In this document: in pieces, positions 13,070-24,994 of the stretch
Position numbering within the stretch: position 1 is the stretch's first letter
Layout of the letters: each line of letters begins with the position of its first letter
Assembly (NCBI GenBank): GCA_022813965.1
Contig: JALDZS010000038.1
Location: forward strand, 1 to 64,000
Reading direction: 5' to 3'
DNA length: 64,000 nt
DNA from: Toensbergia leucococca
Taxonomy: Eukaryota
Position numbers and translations under genes: made by a program
Notes under the pieces: model-generated
What the model saw: only the letters and a program-made list of their open reading frames with translations
What the model was told of the DNA's origin: nothing
Database searches by the model: none

Positions 13070-15039
13070 ATGAGTGCTGAAGAGAGCGACGGTGTGGCTC
13101 CCACAAGCAAATATGCCATTGGAATTTCTTTTGGAAATTCCAATAGCTCAATTGCTTATACCTCTGGGGTTTGCACTTTCCCTTTGCCTCTGCGCTGCTC
13201 ACTTTAATGCTAACTCTTAATTGCACATAGGAAGGTAAAGCTGAAGTAATAGCAAACGAAGAGGGAGGTAAGCTACAAGACCTTATTCTACATACTCCGA
13301 GCTTCTTTGCAATAACTCCAGCGCCCCGATAGATCGACAAATTCCCTCCATCCTGTCCTATATCGATGGCGAAGAGTATCACGGCGCTCAAGCGAGATCC
13401 CAATTAGTTCGCAACAGCAGCAATACTGTCGCGTATTTTAGAGACTACCTTGGCAAGGAGTAAGAGCTTATCGATATTTGAAGGCTGAATTCAACGCTGA
13501 AATGATTTTCAGCTTCGATTCGATCGATCCTACACCATGCCATGCCTCAGCCCATCCACAAAAATGTCAAAGTACCATTTCTTTTTCGATACAAGACACC
13601 GAGTCAGAAACTCAAAACCTGGTCACTGTCTCTGAAATCACCACTCGCCATCTGCGGCGCCTAGCATCCTCGGCATCAGACTTTCTCGGGAAGAAAATCA
13701 ATTCTGCAGTTATCACGGTACCAACAAATTTCTCTGAACAGCAGAAAGAAGCTCTGAGCGAGGCCGCAAAGGAGGCAGGTATAGAAGTATTGCAGTTTAT
13801 ATCAGAGCCAGTCGCAGCACTACTAGCATATGATGCACGACCAGAAGCAAAATTGGCAGACAAGCTAGTCGTAATCGCAGATTTGGGTGGAACCAGGTCA
13901 GACATCGCAGTCATTGCGTCGCGAGGAGGCATGTACAGCGTACTATCTACCTCGCATGACTATGAGCTGGGGGGAACTCAATTAGATGGAATTCTGATCG
14001 ATCATTTTGCCAAGGAGTTCATAAAGAAAAATAAGACTGATCCAAGGGAAAATTCAAGAAGCTTGGCCAAATTGAAATTGGAAGCCGAAGGAACCAAGAA
14101 AGCGTTAAGTCTAGGAGGCAATGCAAGCTTGAGTGTTGAGAGTCTGGCGGATGGGATAGACTTCAGCTCGACTATCAATAGGACACGATATGAATTGCTT
14201 GCTAGCAAAGTTTTTGGTGGGTTCACAAGGTTGATAGAAGATGCCGTGAAAAAAGCGGATTTGGATATATTAGATATTGATGAGGTAATTCGCATGGCCA
14301 ATGATTGAGCTCACTGGAGCTAGGTTGCTAACGAGAAGACCAGGTCATACTCTGCGGTGGCACGTCACATACGCCCAAGATCGCGCGCCTTCTTCAAACA
14401 TTATTTCCGCCTACTACCACCGTTCTTGCACCTTCTACCAATCCCACAGCAATCAATCCTTCTGATCTTGCCGCACGTGGAGCTGCCATACAAGCATCCC
14501 TTATTCAAGAATTTGAGAAAGACGATATTGAGCAATCTACTCATCCTATGGTAACTGTAACGCATCACCTTCGTAATGCTATTGGGGTTCTGGTGGTCAG
14601 TGAAAATATAGAAAAGGGACTTTTCAAGCCAATATTAGAAGCCGAGACAGCAGTGCCAGCACGCCGAGCAAGTCATTTTGCCACTCCCAAAGAAGGAGGA
14701 GACGTTATTATCAAGGTCTGTGAAGGATTACGAGATATCAAAGTAACAAAGCCAACTCCAAAGTCGAAGACGAATGGGCAAGTGGATGCCGAAGACAGCG
14801 ACTCCGACGTTGATTCATCTGATGACGAAAAGAAGGAAATTCGAGAAAAGGTCTGGAAGGTTGGAAAGGTACTCGCTGAAGCTGGAGTCAAGGGAGTCAA
14901 GAAGGGAGGGAAGGTTGAGGTCACAGTAAATGTTAATGGAGATCTCGGAGTTCAGATTACAGCGAGAGAAGTTGGTGGGAAAGGAGGTGTACGGGGGAGT
15001 CTAGAAAAGCCGGAAACAACAGAAAATGGATCTACATAG
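13070..15039 (+). CDS. SSZ1: Ribosome-associated complex Hsp70 Ssz1 (multi-exon)
   Basis: Spliced AIGISFGNSNSSIA…VIANEEGDRQIPS, ADLGGTRSD, GGTSHTPKIA. Atypical Hsp70 with a short C-terminus lacking the lid. Confidence 0.93.
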
Positions 15040-16533
15040 GTATGGAGTCCGTGATGTGTAACGATTCAGTACTATGATAATTTCCAGGGCAACGGGTAGA
15101 ATAGAGTTCAAGGCTTATGCCTTCGTATCCAGGCGGTGACGGTCGATTTTGAAAGCCTCAAAGACGATCGACCAGTGGAATATACGTACCACCAACACCA
15201 TCCAATAGTCCGCGGTGGTCTGACTTAGTGACACTAATATCTTGCAATAAAATGTAACATTTAATCGAGCCCTAACTCGCGCGGATATCCAAAGGATGTT
15301 TCTTTTACTTATTGAGCCTTTGTCTACAGACTGCTGTCCATTCAAGGCTTTCAGCTCGCTTGTGCCATGCTGAATGGTATTAGCGCCGAGTGAACACGTT
15401 CTGGATTTGTTTTCTCGACTCATTATCCCTTACTTGCGGTGTCTCTTTACTCTTTTTTCTTTGTCTGACCTAGCAGTCTGTTGTGATCCTTTTGCGCTTT
15501 CATCTAATCTATTTCTAGTTCTTTCGTTGTTTGCTCTTTCCTTGTCCCTGAACTCTTCATGGCAGTATCATTTCAATTTCAATTTCTACTCGGATGACTG
15601 AGTCTTCTGAAGTAAGGCGATCTCATTAAGCATCCGCTAAGCAGGCGCCAACATAGTGGTCCAGGGATGTGAGACGGGCTAAGGTTACGAAAGCAAGATG
15701 CATCCAATCAACAGCCGTCTCGGTAACTGATACCCTGATAAGACTCTATGCGAAATTACTTCTGCCACTGGCGCCAGTTTGCCTTTACATCCAGACGTCG
15801 CCGACGAGAGATTTCATCTTTAGCTTGTGTGAAGGGGAAACCAGGATGTGGCAGCTTTGGGGAGGTTACAATCTCACGATCGCGGCATGGGAAACACAAT
15901 GTCAACAACACTTCTACTAATAATGTCCAGGTCGCCAAGTTGCTCTTTATTGCCACACCTCTCATTCTATTCCCTTTATACTTCTCATACTTTCCCATAT
16001 CACCACAAGCGCAAAGACATTCATTACTCGCTGTCATATATTCTCTGCTTCTACCTCATATTTCATTTCACCTGACTTTGTCGAATCATTGACTGGCTCA
16101 ATTGCGCATTCATTCATTATTGAAAATAACAGCGCAGATCACTTGTTCGCTCATTGCAAGCCCGTCCACTCAAAGCCTCCTTTCTCTTCGAGATCAACTG
16201 TCATAAAGACCAACAATCAACACGTGGAATCAAAGTCCACGCGCAGCATCAAGAAGAACAAAACATTCCTTTGTTCCATACCCAAACCTCGTCTCTTTGA
16301 TAATCTAAGCCCCATGCGCCACTCCCTCGACGAGACTCGCCGCACCACCACCTCCACATAGCGCGCCTCACCCCACCACAACCTCACCTCACCTCACTTC
16401 ACCACCCCCTCAAATCACCCACCTCAAAGTCCCGCTCAAACACCCCTTCCAACCCCACAGCGCGCCGGCCGCGTCTTCAAAAAAAATAACCGTACCACCA
16501 CGAATTTCCAAGAAAAAAAAAAAGAACAGAAAA

Positions 16534-16932
16534 ATGCGCCTCCTCAGCTCTCTCCTCCTCGTCCTCCTCCCCCTCACCCTCGCCCAATCCCCAGCCATTA
16601 CAAGAACCCAAACAACAACTACAACCCTAACGCGCACCCTCCTAGCCGGCGCAACCCAAACCCTCACCTCCACCCTCTGCTCCACAAACACCCTCCCATC
16701 CCCATCAACAGCCCCCTACTACCCCATCAGCAGCAACGGTGCGAAGTATCCCGCAGGCACGGGCATGGCTTCGGGAACAGGCGCAGGCGCGCCATCTCCA
16801 AGCGGGGCGCCCATGGCGGGGAAACCGGTGCCGTTTGTGGGTGCTGCCGCGGGAAGGCAGGGCCCGCTGGGCGGGGTGGCGGTGGTGGTTTTGATAACTG
16901 CTGTGGGAGTGGGTTTCGGGAATTGGATCTGA
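16534..16932 (+). CDS. Small secreted Thr/Ser-rich, probably GPI-anchored cell-wall protein
   Basis: Signal peptide MRLLSSLLLVLLPLTLA, Thr-rich core, FVGAA followed by a hydrophobic C-terminal tail. Confidence 0.8.
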   Translation: MRLLSSLLLVLLPLTLAQSPAITRTQTTTTTLTRTLLAGATQTLTSTLCSTNTLPSPSTAPYYPISSNGAKYPAGTGMASGTGAGAPSPSGAPMAGKPVPFVGAAAGRQGPLGGVAVVVLITAVGVGFGNWI

Positions 16933-18440
16933 GGGTTGGTGGAAGTGGGGTTTTTGGGGTTTCTTTTCTTTCTTGGGAGGGTTCGTGGTTGGATATGGGG
17001 GCGTGAAGGGATGTTGGTTTTTTTTTCTGGGAGGAGTGGTTCGGAGGTTGGGGTTCTCTGCTGTTTGTTCTTGGGATGGTGGGCGTACGGTTATATACCC
17101 CCCCCCCAGCCGGCGTCTAGTGGAAAGGGGAGTTGGAGAAATTCAATACTTGTTAAAGGCTTGATTTGAATACCCGGCAGGCCCTGTTGTTGATCCACTT
17201 TGTGCTGGAGAGCTGTGACCTTTTCTTTTTTTTCTCCCCTCTCTTTTTTGGCTCTTTGTGGAAGATGATGCTGGATGGTAGGATGTATCTGGTTATCCCG
17301 GGGTTTCTATACAACCTCTCTCTCTCTCACTCTCTCTCTCCCGCACGCACTCAGCCCTATGAACATGGGGGTAATGATCCGGATTTGGTGAAACAAAACC
17401 TTTTCCCTTTTTCCTCTTCCTTTTTCCTCTTCCTTTTTTTCCCCTTGATGAGATGCAGAGGCAGTGATTGCGATAATTGTCTTTAGTGGGATGGGTGGTT
17501 TCACAATCTATTCTCTATTCTCACTTGTCACTTTTCACAATTTTTGCCATTTTCCCATTCAAAGTTTTGTCCCGAGCACACGTACTCTACACTCACATTC
17601 TATACTCATACCTAAACCCCTCTCAATTCCCTTATGCCTTACGCCTTACGCCTTACCCCTCTCCCCCCTCCCCCACAAAGGAAAAGAAAAAAAAGAAGAA
17701 ATAGAGAAACAGAGAAACAGAGAAATAGAGAAAGAGAGGAAAAGAAATAATAAAAACCTCACCTCACTCCCTTTCCCCCTCTCAAACCCCCTAATTTCAA
17801 TCTTTCCCTCCTCCTTCTCACCACCCTTCCTTCCCCTCCCCCCATCCCCCTTCCTCACATCTCACATCTCACATTGTTGAATTATCGATCAAGGACCCGA
17901 TTTAGATCCATAAGGTTACATCGTGTGTGGCTGGGAACCCCTTTCATTTTGCCTATAGATAGCTTGTTTCTCTCCTAGGTACTCAATCTTTAGCAATTCT
18001 ATCATCTTATGTATCATACTTATTAGTTCTTTCATCTCACATCTCACACCCCTCCCCCTCACCTCCCCTCCCCCTTCCTCACCCCCCCCTTCCGACTCTC
18101 ACCTCCCCCCTACCCCCCTCTCAATCCCCGCCCCCTCAACACCTCACCTCCGCCCCTGCCCCCGCCTCAGCACTCATTCTCCCAAACAGACAAACAAACA
18201 AACACTGCCCTAAACATGAGAGTCAGACTCATGATTGACTAGATTTCAAGGTGTGTATTTTGAGGGGTTGATTGATTGATTAGTTTGTGAGTGAGAGATG
18301 AGGTGAGGGGAGTGAGAAGTGAGGGGAGTGAGATGTGAGGGGAGTGAGGGAGTGAGGGATGGGGAAGTGAAAAAGAGGGGGGCGGGGGAGGGGTGTGAGG
18401 GGGGGAGGGAAGGGAAGGGGTGTGGGAAGGGGTGTGGGAA

Positions 18441-18488
18441 GGGGGATGGGGGATGGGGGATGGGGGATGGGGGATGGGGGATGGGGGA
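18441..18488 (+). repeat. (GGGGGAT)6+ tandem repeat, G-quadruplex-prone
   Basis: Six full 7-mer units plus a partial unit inside a G-rich block at ~18260-18660. Confidence 0.9.
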
Positions 18489-19705
18489 GGTGAGGTGGGG
18501 GTGAGGGAAGGGAGATGGTGAGGGAGTGAGGAAGGGGGATGGGGGATGGGGATGGGAATGGGGGGGGCGGAGGGGGGTGAGGGAAGGGGGTGTGAGGGGA
18601 GTGGGGGAAGTGGGATGGTGGGGCGGAGAGAAGGGAGAAAAAGTGGGGGAAGAGGGGGGCGTAGGTTGTTATGCCGTATTGAGGCAGTTGAGAGACGGGT
18701 TGTTGTGTTGTATTGATGTGTACTGTGAGATGGATCTTCCCTTTATTTTTGGGAGTGAGGGGAGGGGCATAGGGGTGGGGTTAGGCAAGGCTGGCTTTAG
18801 GGAGAGGGAGTGGTTGGGCGTGGATTTCATGGATGGGAGATTCTGAATATTTCAAAGCTGAGGAATGTTTGTCTGTCCTTTTTTTCTTCAGAATAGATTG
18901 TGTTCGGATTTGAGAAATGTGGTGTGAAAGCGAGCAGGAGGCATTGGGATAGCTTGGGTAGAGAATTAGATTAATGTTCATGGCTTGTTGAATGATGACT
19001 TGGAAGTGAAATGTACATCTTATGGCAAAGCTCACACACTGAGAGATGCTATTACGCCATTGGGGTCTCTATAATGCCGGGGATATTGAAATCTCGAGAA
19101 AGGCATCAAGAGGGCGAAGGAACAGATTGCTTTGCATACTTGTGCACTGAGACGAGGATATTTTATTGAGCCTGCCAATATAGGATCTGAAACAGTGAAG
19201 CTGGGTGGAGATCTCTCCAATTAGGAGCATTCTTTGCACTCAGTTGTACCTATTATTCATCGTCATCTATGATTTGCAAGCTGAGCTTCTTTCCACGCTA
19301 TCCAAATAAGGATTTGAGGAACTGATGGTAGGAGCAATTAAATCGCAGGCGCCACTTCAATACGAAAATCAGAGTGCAATAATGGCTCATATTTCAAGGC
19401 TGCCAAATGCTGTTTTGGTCAAGGTTGACTGGCCTTCGGAATGTTGGCTGTCGCTGTATTCGAATCTGCATTGTATAGTCCTGCGTCCTTTGTTAACAAG
19501 GGGAACCTATTCCCGAAATTGTGGCTATTGGAGAAATTTAGCTGCGGTCATCAGAAGCTGCATGGAGGGAATTACCACACACCTCTATGCCACGATAAAC
19601 TTTAAATCAGTCCAATGCATGTCTGAAGTGATCAGAGACGTTCTGGTCCATGTACCCAAGCTTCGTCGGTACTGGCAATTTAATGAATCGACTCTTATCT
19701 CCAGA

Positions 19706-20432
19706 TCACTTTAAGCTGATACCAACTTCCACCACGCTCATTTTTCTGATCTGCGTCTCTGGCAATTCTTCTTCCTCCTCTTCGCTCCTAGCTTTCTCGT
19801 CTTCTATCACCATCGGTTCCTCGCTTTGATTACGTTGACATTGGAAAGTATCGTCTCGCGGTGTATCGACGGTCGGGATATGGTCGCGGGGCGGATCCAC
19901 TGATACAGCCGTCTCAACAATATCGTCCACTACTCCTACAGTCCCAGTCCTCAGCCTAACCCTGCAGTCCTCCTGTCCCTGAAAAAAGAGTGCAAGGCCC
20001 AAGACTTTCTCGATAGCCTTATTGGTAGCCTTCAGAAGTACCTCTTCAGGTTCCTTTTCTTTGCTTCCATGACTCTTCTCGCCGAGTGCCCGGAGCTTCT
20101 GCTTGTCATTGCCCTTAGCATTGATAAGGTCGACGTTACCCACAGAGCGCTTGTCGATAAGTGAGAGAAGCTTGCGAACACGCTTTACGACGGCAACAAA
20201 AGGCGTTTTCGAAGAAATGTATATGACTTTTGGTTGATTTGCACCGGCGTAAGGAGAAGGGATTGGGGGATGGAGGATTGGGCGTTTTTGGATGCGAGCA
20301 TCTTTCTACGGCTTTAGTTGAATAGCATGGATGATGGATGATGAAAGAATTCTTACTATTGGGTAGGCGACGTAGCTTCGGGTGCTTCTGCTTGTCACCT
20401 TTCGAATCCTTCGTCTCTGCGTGAGATACCAT
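19706..20432 (-). CDS. POP7: RNase P/MRP subunit Pop7 (Rpp20)
   Basis: Spliced ARIQKRPILHPPIPSPY…KVIYISSKTPF…KRVRKLL…EEVLLKATNKAIEK…TGTVGVVDDI. Intron ~20356-20302. Confidence 0.88.
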
Positions 20433-20957
20433 CACAATGTAGATGAGGGATTGAGCATTCCCTACAGAGTACGAGTGAATTAGCTACTCGTGCGAATGAA
20501 TAAATTACTAGTCGTATCAAAAATACCCAAAAAATACATATCCTATCCTGAGTGAGGGACGAAACTACAAGACTCCTGCCACCTGGAAAAGCACGTAGAA
20601 TACTTCAACTGTCATCGCTTTCAACTTCCTTTACTGAATTCGCCCTGTGGTCAATCAGTCAAAGTCTAACTGCCGCTTGTTCAATCCGCAGTGATGGCCC
20701 ACTCTCACTTTGACTTTGTGGCCGGTTATGTTCAGAGCCATTGTCCAGACATGAGACGAGGAGGTACATGTGCGCATAATTATAGGATATGCAGTTTAAT
20801 AGCACATATGTTCCCCTAATATCATGCAAATCTGATAGTATGCCAATTCGACCTTGCTTTAAATCGCCCGTTAATCCCTTCTCTTTCAATCCTCTTTATC
20901 AATTTGATGATTCCTTTTTATTCGAATCGACGCGACATTTTCTAATTTTCTGCAAAA

Positions 20958-22111
20958 ATGACTGCATCTTCTTTTCTACTACTTTTATCTCTTTCCTTAG
21001 TCTCTGCGACACCCTATTGTAATTACAAGTTCTATGGCTTCCCAGATGTCCTTGCCTGCAATCTTCTCCTGAGAGGACCCCAGGGAATCAAGATGCTCGA
21101 TCGGCAGTCTCATGTCTTCAAGGCTTCGAGTCTCTGGAGAAAACCCCAGGACGTCACTGGAGCCCAATGGAGAAATGGAGAAGATCTCCCCATGGATTGG
21201 AATGAAGGAGCCGGTGAGTACTCACCTCAAAGCTGTGGAAGTATATTTTGACTGTGATTGGATTGTAGGAGACTGCAATGCAGTCTTGTTACCATCATTC
21301 AATAGCATCGGAGCGCCTTCGTATGATACTGCACAATATAGTCTCATCGCCTCGACTGGTCAAAGCATCATCTATGAATGTCTCAATTCACTAGGTAGCC
21401 GGCAAACATTAGCTGGGGGACGCGAGGTGACTGGTAAGCTGAAACGAGCCTTGCCAATGTAGACATCATCACTTATAATCAGCAGGCGACAACGACAGGC
21501 TTATTTTCATTCTGTTTGAAACAAAGAGTCCCTTTGATAAACTTGTCCAGGCACACGTCAAGGCTGGAAGACTTTTTGACTATACCGGCCATTTGATTGA
21601 TACAACTACTGCTCCAAGTTTGAACCACAATCCGTACACCGACACTAGTGTTGCTGGGTCCTCATCTTATACGCAGCCTCAGCCAGGAACTTCACAGACC
21701 GGACTTACATGTGGCATGCACTGTTCAGGACCTAGTGCTCTCTGTATGGGCGACGACGGCTGCAAGTGCATAGCTGATCCTTGGCAAGGAGTGGGTTCTA
21801 GATTTTTCACGGGATCATGCAAGCTTCCGTACATAAAGTATGATAGTGGACGGGAGCTAAATGAAGTGGATCTTAACGCCCCTGGTTCCTCAAACACGAC
21901 CCTGATCCAAGCCGCAGGTGTGGCGAATTCCATGAATCTTGCCTGCCCTTGCAACTGCACATACGTCTCCCACGCTTGCTGCAGTTCAGGGACCGGGATC
22001 GTCTATGAAGCCCCTCGACTTAAATTAGGTTCGCTTCAACCCCCATCAGCAAATTTGTCTTGCAATACCACCACAGGCGTCTTCCAGGCTGTATCTACTA
22101 TGAATTTCTAA
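20958..22111 (+). CDS. Secreted Cys-rich protein of unknown function (3 exons)
   Basis: Signal peptide. Introns 21214-21268 and 21434-21485 join three ORF-track frames. The C-terminal region has 12 Cys including CPCNCTYVSHACC. Confidence 0.75.
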
Positions 22112-24139
22112 TTTGGATTTACATTGGAAGGATCGAGATCAAACAACAACTGAGAAAGTGGACACACAGCTTTCTTACAAGCCGTGGCGGAAAGTTATGA
22201 GGCGGACGTGAAAAGTCATTCTCCACTAGTTCAAGAGTACTATGATACCATAGCGCGTTTCGAGTCACTGCATTGTGTCTCTATGCGATATCCGTTGGTA
22301 TCTATGACGCCAATGAACATCGAAAAGATGCTAAGAACAAATGACTGATAATTCATCTTCCGGAAGCACTAAGAACCTTTTTGAGTCGGTTCCCTCTCAT
22401 TACACATAAATTCCAGCTGTGGTGCTTTTACTATCTGAACAGAGATAGGTGTGATGGATGCCTTTACTCACCAGTGCCATATCTATTGGATAGGATTCCC
22501 TCGGTCCTCGCTCCGGTATAGCCGCAAATCGGAATATTGTTCGGCTCCTTACTTTGTGATCTAGATGGAGGCTGGAGTGAGAGCGCTAGACGCTACTCAT
22601 CAAATCAATCGTCCACATTATCAGTCCCCGCATATGCGAGCTCAATATTGCCGAATTCTTGTGGATAGGAGAGCGAGTGAAATATCTTTCTGATATCCAA
22701 GTACGAGTTAGCGATTGAAGCAAAAAAAGATCCGAGATCAGAAACACTACCTTTGTTCCAGATCGACATTCACCATCCTATTCTCAAAAAGCCACCAACG
22801 AAGCGACAAAACTCCAGCACAAACTTACTCAACCGCTAAATCAGACTCACATCGGCTTTGGTCTCGAAGAGTCGAAATGTGTAAAAAGTTATAAAAATTT
22901 CTGCATGATGAGACATATGGATCACGCATGCGCAATGCTGAACCTATTACTCTACTCTCGTCGACTTTGCCTTGAAGTGCATATACCCTCGACCTCGTTT
23001 CCCCTCGATCTCTCAAAGCATGTACATCTCCTTCACTTCACCGTAACTCTATCCCCTGCCGGTAGTAAAAGCATCCTCTGGTCCTTTCCAGTCCCAGGCT
23101 CTCATCGCCTCACTTTATTCCGACTCATCCGACCTTTATCGCTCTCTTATTCTCTCGTTTTTGACATCAACACCCAATGAGCGAAGTAACTTCCCCCACG
23201 CCTACAATCTTCTGAATATCTCGTCTCCGCCTTGCTCGCCCATACCCGTATATACATACCCACCACTCAAAAGCATCAAGCACACAAGATCTTCCCCAGC
23301 CCACCTCCCTCCTCACCTCTAGCTCACCCCAATAATCAACCCCCCCCCCCATTCCACCATTCCGCCATTTCCCACCGCGCAACGTCCAATCTCTATCCCA
23401 CCTCAAACATAGCTAGAGAAAATAAGAAATCGAACCCCCCCCTGAAGCAAGATTGAAAACAGCTTACGCATTTCCAACTAAATCATCCACCAAACCAAAA
23501 ACCAGTGGAAAGCAAAGCTCGTGTCAGCCAGTGATTCAAAAAAAACCATGCAAAAGATCCCGTCGTAACTAATACTCAAACCTTTCAGGAAGAAAAAAAC
23601 TTAAACCGTAAATTCGCAAACCTGCACAACCCCAGCGATCCCCACCCCCACCAAGTCCTCCCTCCGCGTGACGCCCGCTCACACAATCCCTCCAAACCCA
23701 CCCCCCACACACAACCCCTCCCGACCCACCACTCACACCTCATTTCACCCCCCACACCATCCCACATCTGCACAAACTCAAAAGCCCTCAATCACCCAAA
23801 ATTCAACCCCCCCTACCAACCCTCACACCAATCCCATTTCACACCTCCATCTCAAACCCGCCACCTGGATTAATCACACCCCACACAACACAAATGAAAA
23901 TTCAGTGCCTACCTCACAGTCCGTTCATTCCCTCATCTTCTCATCCTCAACCTCTCATCCCTCAATCCCCTCATACTTCCATCTTCCCATCCCCGTCCTC
24001 ATCCCCTCATCCCTATCCCCATCCACATAACCCCTAACCCCTAACCCCACACCTCACAAATCAACACATCAACACCTCAACACCTCAACATCTTCTCATC
24101 TTCTCACCTCCTCACCTCAAAGCCTCAAAGTAATCAAAC

Positions 24140-24900
24140 CCATAAAAATAAAAGGCCTAAAACGCAGTGCTATAATAACTCAATCAAGATATACAAGATA
24201 TAAAAAAAAAAACAATAGGAAAAGGGATCCCTAGAAAAAAAGAGATAAAGACAAATCATAGAATCAAAAAACACAAAAAACCAAAAAAAAAATCTCAAAC
24301 ACCATAGGTAATTCAAAAAGGGTACTCATAAAAGAAAAGAAATCCCAAAAAAAAAAAAAAAAAAAAAGAAGAATCATGACAGAAAAAGATGGCAGAAATT
24401 CCCCCCACCCCCTCCCCCGTTGACTCAAAGCCTCAAAAAGAAGAGGGGAGAAAAAAGCACTTCCGCTTTTGAAAAAAAAATAAACACCAAAGAAGAAAGA
24501 AGGGAAAAAAAAACAAAACTTCACAATCTTTGCCACGAGGCATAAAAAAAAATAAAAAAAACAATTTCATCAGTCCCACAATTTCACAAGTCCCACACAA
24601 TTGAAAGAGAAAAAAAAAACAAAAAGGGGATTTTTGAATGACTATGTACACGAGAAAACAAAGTTGAAAAGAAAAGGAGGGAACAAGACTTTCCTCCCGC
24701 CTAGAGAATCAACTCATACCCATTCGCAAGGAACATTCCAAACACCCCCCCCCCAGAACCCAAACCCCAACGCAAAAAATGCAGAGGCAACGCACCTTAC
24801 ACGTAATAGTCTTCCCCCGCAGCAGCGTCAAAGACCATAAACAACACTCCCAAACACCCTCTCGCCTCTCTCTCTCAAAAAAGAACAAAAAAAAAAGGAG
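24140..24900. repeat. Poly(A)-run-rich low-complexity tract
   Basis: Many A runs, including more than 20 consecutive A near 24346-24367. It reads T-rich on the minus strand, downstream of the VPS64 stop. Confidence 0.85.
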
Positions 24901-24994
24901 AAAATGTCTCACCAAACCCCTTCACCCAGCAAACGCACTAAATAGCGTCCCTCCACTGCATCCCTCTCCAGCCGTCCCGGAACAGAACACCAAG

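Noticed and set aside
16936..18846. Many short ORFs rich in G/F/P/K
   Set aside because: Products of low-complexity skewed sequence with no motifs. The same applies to ORFs at 23167-24915.
24028..24048. Interstitial telomere (TAACCCC)x3
   Set aside because: Only three non-canonical 7-mers inside a C/A-rich low-complexity tract, explainable by local skew.
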